Below are positions 57,224 to 64,000 of a stretch of 64,000 nucleotides of DNA, piece by piece. Numbering within the stretch: the stretch's first letter is position 1; every line of letters starts with the position of its first letter. A program made the position numbers and the translations under genes. This DNA is from a virus: positions 11,602 to 75,601 of the IMG/VR virus record IMGVR_UViG_3300042340_000194; one strand, 5' to 3'. Under the pieces are notes generated by a model. That model searched no databases, was not told where the DNA came from, and saw only the letters and a list, made by a program, of their open reading frames with translations.

Positions 57224-57912
57224 TACTTTGAGTTTGCGTAACGGTTGCGGGCTTGGAAATGAATAAAGAGTTGTTTAAGCTCATCCGCCTCTAGCGTAAA
57301 TACCTGGGGAGCAGCGTCGGGAATGGCTAGGACGATGCGGGCTCGGGGGATGTATAACCCGTAATCCCTATAAACATACTCTGCCGCAGCTTTGTACGCG
57401 GCGACTTGTAGTTTATAATCGTAGAGTTTCTGCTTCCCTGCTACTGTGCTTTCATCAATGTATTTCTCTGCTGACTTCCAGTCACTTAAGCTTATCTCTC
57501 CTCGATCTTCTATTATGTAACCTAGATGATCTAAAGATCCAGCAAACCCATCAGGGTGCCAGACTGCGCCTTCCATTAGAGCAGTATGCTCAATCTTGAC
57601 TAAGAACTCTTTAATGCTGTTCCAGTACGGAGTCCGTAGCATGCAGAACTTAGGTTCCCCGCCTGTTAACAGAAACTGCTCTACGTTATTGTGTGTGCCT
57701 GTTCCCCTAAACCCGGCTACTTTTAGAATCTCATCAGCTTTTTCTTTACCTTTCCATTCCCTCCATTCATTGATACCAGTCATGTCTTTAGACTGTCCTA
57801 TTTTATTTGTAACACTTCCGGCCCACCCAAGCTCTGTATTATAGTGGCGTCCCCCTAGTGGATGATTATCATCGCGTTCCAGTGTGTGTTTAGGGAGTGT
57901 TAGGAAGCTCAT
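57223..57912 (-). CDS. PD-(D/E)XK exonuclease
   Basis: RGTGTH, FAGSLD, DWKS, LQVAAY. Confidence 0.85.
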   Translation of the reverse strand: MSFLTLPKHTLERDDNHPLGGRHYNTELGWAGSVTNKIGQSKDMTGINEWREWKGKEKADEILKVAGFRGTGTHNNVEQFLLTGGEPKFCMLRTPYWNSIKEFLVKIEHTALMEGAVWHPDGFAGSLDHLGYIIEDRGEISLSDWKSAEKYIDESTVAGKQKLYDYKLQVAAYKAAAEYVYRDYGLYIPRARIVLAIPDAAPQVFTLEADELKQLFIHFQARNRYANSK

Positions 57913-58154
57913 AAGTAAGTGACTCCCTCGATACGATGTAGCAGCTCGTCGGCGGTCGAATCTAAAACACGAGCACAGCCTAGGAGTAACTCCACGTCGA
58001 TGAACCTAGTAGCCTTACGAGCGCGAGATAACGCACCTCCGCTTATCTGAAGATCTGCTGCGAGTGCTTTGAGGGTAATGCCCTTGCGAGCGGCCAGAAA
58101 TTCGACGTTTCGCCCGAAAACTCGGAGGATCTGATCGGCGGTCGGGTGATCCAT
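57909..58154 (-). CDS. XRE-family HTH protein
   Basis: ITLKALAADLQISGGALSR. Confidence 0.7.
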   Translation of the reverse strand: MDHPTADQILRVFGRNVEFLAARKGITLKALAADLQISGGALSRARKATRFIDVELLLGCARVLDSTADELLHRIEGVTYL

Positions 58155-58185
58155 CTGAAACGGCGTCGTCGAGGATAGCTTACAT

Positions 58186-58212
58186 GAAAAAGGGGCAGGA
58201 AGGGCCTGCCCC
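58186..58212 (-). terminator. rho-independent terminator after SSB gene
   Basis: Minus strand GGGGCAGG-ccctt-CCTGCCCC-TTTTT. Confidence 0.7.
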
Positions 58213-58241
58213 GGTCGTTATTGCGAGAGTAATCGTTGGAA

Positions 58242-58937
58242 TCAGAGATCTTCTTCTTCTTCTTCTTCTTCTTCTTCTTCTTCTGCGGTCTCCTCTTCAT
58301 CGCCCGCGTCCTCTTCTTTAGACGCTTCGGGGTTAAAGGGGTCGCCGTTCTCAAATAGAACGGTTAGATCTGCACCACCTTTCATAAGGGCTTTAAATGC
58401 CGCGTCAATTTCTGCGGATACATCCTTGGGCGGCGAAGCGGTTAGAGAGTATTTGGTGAAGCCTTTCTCCACCTTCCGTGTGATCTTAATGTCGTATCCT
58501 TGCGGATCTCCGTAGTCTTCCTCATCAGCGATGAAAGCATGAAGCTGGCTGAGGATAGTAGACTGGTCAATGTTTAGTACGCGGATACGCTCCTTAAAGT
58601 AATCCCAGACGAAACCAGCTATAAATCTTTTGATCTCCGTAGGTCTGCCAGAATCCTTGTTAATCTGAATATTACTTGGGATGTCCTCACCCACTGGTTT
58701 CCGTGCCCAACGAATAGGGCGTGATTTACCGTCAACATCGAGCCAGGTACTATAGCCAGTAACTGCTGGACCGAGATAACGAAAACGATGAGGTTTACCT
58801 TCATCTAACTTGGACAAGCCGACAAAACTATCGTTCCCTTGAGTATCTTTAGCTACTTCTTCGATCTGTTCATCCGTGAGAAAGGCAGAAGTTGGTCGTT
58901 TGGCTTTAGTCGTAGCAGCGGCTTTGGTAGCGGGCAT
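58242..58937 (-). CDS. single-stranded DNA-binding protein (putative)
   Basis: VWDY..YGDPQGYDIKITR..TKY..GDPF; poly-Glu tail (TTC repeat 58251-58283). Confidence 0.7.
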   Translation of the reverse strand: MPATKAAATTKAKRPTSAFLTDEQIEEVAKDTQGNDSFVGLSKLDEGKPHRFRYLGPAVTGYSTWLDVDGKSRPIRWARKPVGEDIPSNIQINKDSGRPTEIKRFIAGFVWDYFKERIRVLNIDQSTILSQLHAFIADEEDYGDPQGYDIKITRKVEKGFTKYSLTASPPKDVSAEIDAAFKALMKGGADLTVLFENGDPFNPEASKEEDAGDEEETAEEEEEEEEEEEDL

Positions 58938-58992
58938 GGTGTTGAAAGGAAAGAGAGGAAAAGGGAAAGGAGCTGGTAACGGGAATTGCCCC

Positions 58993-59226
58993 TTAAGGGG
59001 CGGTGGGGATCGAGACAGCCTGCTGGTGGGCCCGGATGATCTGCTCCGCCACCTCCGAAGGGGAGGAATTACGGAGACTAGCCAGGGATGCTAGGTGACC
59101 ATGCGCCGCGTCCGTCAGATACAGATGGCGTTTCCTTTTGGGGACGCCGTATCGCCGGTAGTTGGTTTTGGCGGGTCCGCCTGCAGGCTCTGTCGATTCG
59201 CTCAATGGTAAGGCATGGAGGGACAT
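58993..59226 (-). CDS. ribbon-helix-helix DNA-binding protein
   Basis: RHLYLTD..SPSEVAEQIIR. Confidence 0.55.
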   Translation of the reverse strand: MSLHALPLSESTEPAGGPAKTNYRRYGVPKRKRHLYLTDAAHGHLASLASLRNSSPSEVAEQIIRAHQQAVSIPTAP

Positions 59227-59357
59227 AGGTCAACCTATCGCAGGGGTGGAGGCCGGGACGTGGGAGGCGGATGTCCACAAAATGCCTAGGTCAGGCAGGT
59301 ATGCCGTAAACTGGGGGCGGCGGCCCAGCGCCAGTAAAAAGGCCCACCCTTCCCGGA

Positions 59358-62117
59358 GTGAGCCTTGATGATGACCACTGGGAACTAGCCCACTCACGAT
59401 TTTACACCATGACGGTTGATCCAATCGGTGCTTCAGCACCGAAAGCTGTATCTGGCACACCCAAAGGTACTGCCCGTGAGATGTTTGATAAAAAAGTATT
59501 TCCTGATGATTGGGCGTTGATCCCAGTTGCGGGTAAAGACACGTTCCATAGAGGTTGGGCTAGTAAGAAAATAGAACATAAGGACATGTTGTCCGCATTG
59601 GTATCGGACTCTCGATACCGAGGTATTGGTGTAGTAACTGGTGCGTTATCCGGCGGATTGATTGCTTTAGATATTGATGGGCACGAAGCGGATACTAGGT
59701 ACAAAACGGTCTCGGGGGAGGAGTACCAGCCATTTGGGTGTGAAACCACTATGGCATGGACATCCGGTAAACCAGGACGTAGGCAGTTGCTGTGGAGAGT
59801 GCCAGAGGCAATGATTTCCCAACTGAACCATGTTATATCGTTGATCCTACTGGATGATGGCGTGTGGTGGAGCGGTAAAGGTCGTCCTAATGAAGACGAC
59901 ACTATGAATCGTGCTCCTAAAGAAGAGTTGGTGCTGAGATTCAATAAGTGCATGTCAGTATTGCCTGGTAGTCCTCATCCCGATACTAAGAAGCGATTTA
60001 GGTTTCTGCAATACAATAATGGTGTGCCAGAGGATGCTCCTACATGGGTGTTAGAAATACTGAAAGAGCGGGTTAAGCCTAGTGAATGGTTAGCTGAAGA
60101 CGATGTTCGTGAACTGCAGTCGGAAGTAGGTCGCACTCAAGTACCTCCGAGGCAATTAAGAGGTTGGTTCTTTAAGGAGGAAGTTCAGAAAAAGTTACAG
60201 CCTAGGTTGACTGAATTAGTGTTTAGACATTCAGTATTTGACCAGTATGGTTGGGAGACAAGAGGAGGTAGTAAACCGCAGTTGATGAATGGTTGTCCTT
60301 GGCACGACAGCAGTAGTGGCACGTCGTTTCAAGTTAATGAAGAGAACGGCTGTTGGGATTGTAAGAGCTGTAAGGTATATGGAGATCCTTTGGACTTTAT
60401 CCATAAGATAGAGACTAATGATATGTACGCACCGCGTCCTGTTGGTTCTGAATTGGAGCGATACATAAAACCTATTGCAGAGGCACTTGGATACAGATAC
60501 CCAGAAGATTTGCTGGTAGTGCAGAAGACTACTGATGTACCTAGAGAAGTTATATCAGGTATAGAACTACTGGTTAGGGCTGAGAAAATCATTAAAGAGG
60601 TTAGGGATCCTTCAGAGCAGTTTATTGCTTTAACCGATTTGGCGGAGAATACGGGGCGAATGCGCTTAACTCCTACAAAATTAAAGGAGTTGGTTACTCG
60701 GCATAAGCAATTTACTAAGAATGCAGAGATAGGTTTGTTAAGGGATAAAGACTGGAGAAAGGACGTTGCGCCAGAAGAACACATTATACCGGGTTTGATC
60801 CGGCGCCCGTCACAGATACTTCTACATGCTCGGGGCGGTGTTGGGAAGACTGAAACTGCTATAGCTCTAGCCAAAGCTATTGGTACTGGAGCGTGTATTA
60901 AGATTAGAGGGATCGACGTACAGTGTCGGCAGGGTAATGTTTTGTGGATCTCTAGTGACCAGAATAAGTCTCGGCTAGATGCTCAGCTAAGCGCCCAAGA
61001 CATTACAGAGGCTAATTCAGACTGGTTCCACTTTGTAGAAAACTGGAAAACTGACCTTCCGCGTGAATTAGCGGATATTATCAGAAAGGTAGAGCCGGTC
61101 ATTGTTGTCATTGACTCTCTCGCTTCATCGCAAGATGAAACGGGGGTTAAAGAGAATGAAGCTGAGTACGCAGCTCCTTTGTACGCCTTGTCTGTTAATA
61201 ACGGTGATATGAGTTCTGAGTTTGGGTTCCCCGCTTGTTCTCTGTTATGGATTCACCATAACACCAAAGATGGGACGAAGTTTAGAGGAACAGACCGTAT
61301 TAACAATGCGGTCGATGAGACATGGGAGTTACAGAATTTATCTGTTGAGCAAGAAGTTACTTTTGGTGTTAATTCCAGATTCTTATGTATCGGTAAATCT
61401 CGCTTTGATCGTAGTGGGGATCGAATGCTGATAAAAAGAGATGTAGAACTTAATTACAGCATTGAGGATCTCACTCCCCTACTTGAGCGGGAGGGGGTGA
61501 TGCGGAGCGGAGACATCAGCCCCAGGAGCCTTGTGCTGGCCGCTGTGACGGACTCGGGGGAAGAGGGGGCCACTCCCAAGGCCATCCGGGAATTTGTGCT
61601 CCACCGGATGGAGGGGGCCGGCCAGGAGGTGTTCCCGTCCCGCCAGGCCATCGGGAAGCACCTGGCGGCCTGGGAGAAGGCCGGGATGGTGGAGAAGGTC
61701 GGGATGGTCGCGGTGGAGGGGAGAGGGAGGCCCACTCTCCTCTTCAGAGTGCCTCGCGGGGAGAGATCGAAAGAGGGGGGTGCGAAATTCGATGTAGATG
61801 ACCAAAACACTTGGTGTGAGGGGCTTTTGGAATTTGCAACTATTTTGCAACCAAGGGGGTTAAAGGGGGGTGTGGTTGCAAAATCAGAGCTTCCCCCCGA
61901 GGCCGAAGAGGGTGACCTGGAAGGAAGCCCTGATTTTGCAACCGGAGGGGCTGCAGAAGGCGAAATAGAGGAGGTGGTTGCAAAATCAAACCCTGCCCCC
62001 GAGGGCGATTTGACCCTGTCAGGGACTTTGCAACCACCTCCTTCGGCCCACCCCCGCGAGGGCCTATCTGATTGGTTGGATGCGTTTGGTGGTCAGGTGA
62101 CTGGTTCGGAGCCTTAG
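59358..62117 (+). CDS. prim-pol / Zn-finger / AAA helicase replication protein
   Basis: ALDIDG, SVLPGSPHP, CPWHD..CKSC, ARGGVGKT, VIDSL, IHH; start may be 59409. Confidence 0.9.
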   Translation: MSLDDDHWELAHSRFYTMTVDPIGASAPKAVSGTPKGTAREMFDKKVFPDDWALIPVAGKDTFHRGWASKKIEHKDMLSALVSDSRYRGIGVVTGALSGGLIALDIDGHEADTRYKTVSGEEYQPFGCETTMAWTSGKPGRRQLLWRVPEAMISQLNHVISLILLDDGVWWSGKGRPNEDDTMNRAPKEELVLRFNKCMSVLPGSPHPDTKKRFRFLQYNNGVPEDAPTWVLEILKERVKPSEWLAEDDVRELQSEVGRTQVPPRQLRGWFFKEEVQKKLQPRLTELVFRHSVFDQYGWETRGGSKPQLMNGCPWHDSSSGTSFQVNEENGCWDCKSCKVYGDPLDFIHKIETNDMYAPRPVGSELERYIKPIAEALGYRYPEDLLVVQKTTDVPREVISGIELLVRAEKIIKEVRDPSEQFIALTDLAENTGRMRLTPTKLKELVTRHKQFTKNAEIGLLRDKDWRKDVAPEEHIIPGLIRRPSQILLHARGGVGKTETAIALAKAIGTGACIKIRGIDVQCRQGNVLWISSDQNKSRLDAQLSAQDITEANSDWFHFVENWKTDLPRELADIIRKVEPVIVVIDSLASSQDETGVKENEAEYAAPLYALSVNNGDMSSEFGFPACSLLWIHHNTKDGTKFRGTDRINNAVDETWELQNLSVEQEVTFGVNSRFLCIGKSRFDRSGDRMLIKRDVELNYSIEDLTPLLEREGVMRSGDISPRSLVLAAVTDSGEEGATPKAIREFVLHRMEGAGQEVFPSRQAIGKHLAAWEKAGMVEKVGMVAVEGRGRPTLLFRVPRGERSKEGGAKFDVDDQNTWCEGLLEFATILQPRGLKGGVVAKSELPPEAEEGDLEGSPDFATGGAAEGEIEEVVAKSNPAPEGDLTLSGTLQPPPSAHPREGLSDWLDAFGGQVTGSEP
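61832..62037. repeat. six TTTGCAAC repeats, direct and inverted (candidate origin iterons)
   Basis: Copies near 61833, 61844, 61875 (inverted), 61935, 61977 (inverted) and 62027. Confidence 0.7.
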
Positions 62118-62157
62118 GGGGTTGCGCATATCGACGTAATGTGGTTAGGATGGGGGT

Positions 62158-62412
62158 ATGCTGATTAGTGATTTCAGCATTCCCCTAACCATGCCTGTAA
62201 TGAGTGCTAATTCCAAGGTAGTGCCTATGACAGTGTATGTTCGTCAGGATCAGAAAGATTATGTGGAGTCATTAAGTAATGGCCGCATTTATTCTATGAG
62301 TGACGTTGTTAGGGCAATGATTGACAATCACAAAGAAGCACAGGCTCGTTCAGTAGCTTTGTTTGACCAGATAGCTGCTGAATGTGCAACTTCATCAACA
62401 ACCGATTCTTAA
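62158..62412 (+). CDS. ribbon-helix-helix protein
   Basis: MTVYVRQDQ..SMSDVVRAMID. Confidence 0.6.
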   Translation: MLISDFSIPLTMPVMSANSKVVPMTVYVRQDQKDYVESLSNGRIYSMSDVVRAMIDNHKEAQARSVALFDQIAAECATSSTTDS

Positions 62413-63844
62413 ACCAGTGACTGCCACTCAAATCAGGGACACAACAATGGATCTAGCATTGACTAGGACTATGGAACGAGTTGCTAGTATCTTAGCTAGT
62501 GCTGGGTATCCATCGCTGACTGCAGATCAAGTTAAGATTATCACTGATATTATTGTTAAAGTTAATGAAGAGGGTAAACCTCTAGAAGCGAGTCTTAAAG
62601 GACCAGCAGGCACTGGGAAGACAATGCTATTAGTGGGACTGATCATTGCTTTAGACGTGATGAAGTATAATGTCGTAGTCACTAGCTTTACTCACAAAGC
62701 TTGTTCAGTTATTGCTACACACATGCAGACTCTAGAGCAGCATTTGAGGCATAATATTGTTCCGCTTACACTGCACAGCTTATTAAATTTGAAACCTGCG
62801 CGAGCAGAATATGGTAAGCCTGAGACATTTACTCAGACAAGAGCACCAGAGCTAGCCGCTGTTGATTTTGTCATTGTCGATGAGTGCTCAATGGTAGGTG
62901 CTGACTTGACTACGCACATACAAGCAGGTATTGTCGAGCAAGGTATTCCTATTCTGTATGCTGGGGATCCGGCTCAGTTAATGCCTGTTAATGAGAAGAG
63001 CCTGTCAACAACATTTAAGACTCCTACTAAGTACAAGTTAACGGAGATACTTCGTCATGATGGTGCGATATTGAATTTGGCTACTAAGATTCGAACTCTG
63101 CCTTATCTACCTCAAGTCGCTGCAGCTTCAGGCGGCGGTACTGATGTGATCGTGTACAAAAATGATGATGCTTTGGTAGCAGCGTGGTTAAATTCTTTAT
63201 TGGATAGTGACAAGGGAAATGATTCTACTGTGATGCTCACTTATATGAACAAGCATCGTAGAGAATTTAATAGACAGGCACGGGTTGTTTTAATGGGAGC
63301 TGATGCCCCTAGGTTCATTGAGGGTGATGTGTTGTTAGCACTATCACCTATAATTCAAGAGGAAAAGTTAATTTATAGCAATAATGAGGATGTTCATATT
63401 ATAGCACCTCCTGTGCTAATAGAAGATTACACTCCTGTGGATACTTTAGATTTCACTTGTGCTGCTTGGCAGATAAGATCTGATAAAGGAGCACTACTCT
63501 ATGTATTAGCAGACCAGGAAGCCATTGATAAATACGCTAAGTATCTTAAGGCTTTAGGCATGGAAATTGCCAAAGAAGGCAAAGCCGCTAAATCTGGTAC
63601 TCACCATGACTCACGCGCAGTCAAGCGCAGATGGGCTTCACAATATTTCCCGTTAAAGGCGAGCTTTGCTGATCTTGATTTTCGCTATTCGTTGACTGTC
63701 CATAAATCACAAGGCAGTACGTTTAGATACGTGTACGTTAACAGTGACTATCGTAAAGCACGGGATCAACAGAAGCAGTTGATGTATGTTGCTGTGACGA
63801 GAGCTTCACGGGAAGTTCATCACGTAGACACTACTGTTTCTTGA
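62384..63844 (+). CDS. SF1B (Dda/RecD-like) DNA helicase
   Basis: GPAGTGKT, IVDECSMV, GDPAQL, TVHKSQGST, YVAVTRA. Confidence 0.92.
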   Translation: MQLHQQPILKPVTATQIRDTTMDLALTRTMERVASILASAGYPSLTADQVKIITDIIVKVNEEGKPLEASLKGPAGTGKTMLLVGLIIALDVMKYNVVVTSFTHKACSVIATHMQTLEQHLRHNIVPLTLHSLLNLKPARAEYGKPETFTQTRAPELAAVDFVIVDECSMVGADLTTHIQAGIVEQGIPILYAGDPAQLMPVNEKSLSTTFKTPTKYKLTEILRHDGAILNLATKIRTLPYLPQVAAASGGGTDVIVYKNDDALVAAWLNSLLDSDKGNDSTVMLTYMNKHRREFNRQARVVLMGADAPRFIEGDVLLALSPIIQEEKLIYSNNEDVHIIAPPVLIEDYTPVDTLDFTCAAWQIRSDKGALLYVLADQEAIDKYAKYLKALGMEIAKEGKAAKSGTHHDSRAVKRRWASQYFPLKASFADLDFRYSLTVHKSQGSTFRYVYVNSDYRKARDQQKQLMYVAVTRASREVHHVDTTVS

Positions 63845-63853
63845 GGTGTAATC

Positions 63854-64000
63854 ATGTCTGGTAGTAATTTACGCTGGTTTATTTTTAGGTATTCCAGCAT
63901 TGTTGGTAAGATTGAACTTGCTTCTATCCAAGCGGTCTCGGGGGAGGCTGCTGAGAGAGAACTCCGAGAAATAGTTCCATATCCTAGAAATTTGACTCTG
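63854..64000 (+). CDS. partial hypothetical protein
   Basis: ATG at 63854, open to the window end. Confidence 0.4.
   Translation, partial: MSGSNLRWFIFRYSSIVGKIELASIQAVSGEAAERELREIVPYPRNLTL

Noticed and set aside
57223-57912. Cas4/CRISPR adaptation function
   Set aside because: Generic phage PD-(D/E)XK nuclease lacking the Cas4 four-Cys cluster, with no array present.
58043-58354. Poly-Lys ORF
   Set aside because: Alternative frame of the GAA repeat encoding the SSB acidic tail.
1-64000. Integrase, transposase, reverse transcriptase/DGR, or recognisable DNA-modification enzyme
   Set aside because: No supporting motifs recognised in this window; they could lie outside it.

Overview
The window is a 64 kb segment of a tailed dsDNA phage genome with siphovirus-type organisation, probably infecting a picocyanobacterium (Synechococcus/Cyanobium-like dcd, thyX and sigma-70 factor; host is an inference). 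On the minus strand: tail tip genes, tape measure, frameshifted tail chaperones, major tail, neck genes, a head-tail adaptor fused to a fibre, and DUF2184-type capsid, decoration and DUF2213 protease/scaffold genes (1-16.8 kb). An unusual 9 kb cassette follows (16.8-25.9 kb), then DUF1073-type portal and terminase. A long array of small accessory/early genes (30-54 kb: mazG, thyX, NrdR-like, Acb2/Tad1-like, DUF932) is driven by tandem TTGACA promoters near 55.1-55.3 kb. Sigma factor, nuclease and SSB follow, then a plus-strand primase-helicase and SF1 helicase. Top observations: (1) a putative capsid-loaded effector system, in which four genes between portal and protease share an R-x-D-K-[KR]-C-G-x-S-G-I-x(3)-[KR]-[KN]-C motif followed by a hydrophobic helix and different cargo (two kinases, an alpha/beta-hydrolase, a basic tail), while R-x-D also marks the N-termini of capsid, portal and protease; (2) a strand-biased, roughly 10-fold enriched CTCGGGG motif associated with GC-rich patches; (3) a tRNA-like element in a structured early leader; (4) a capsid-fragment protein on the opposite strand. 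All calls are by eye, without database searches, and counts are manual and approximate.
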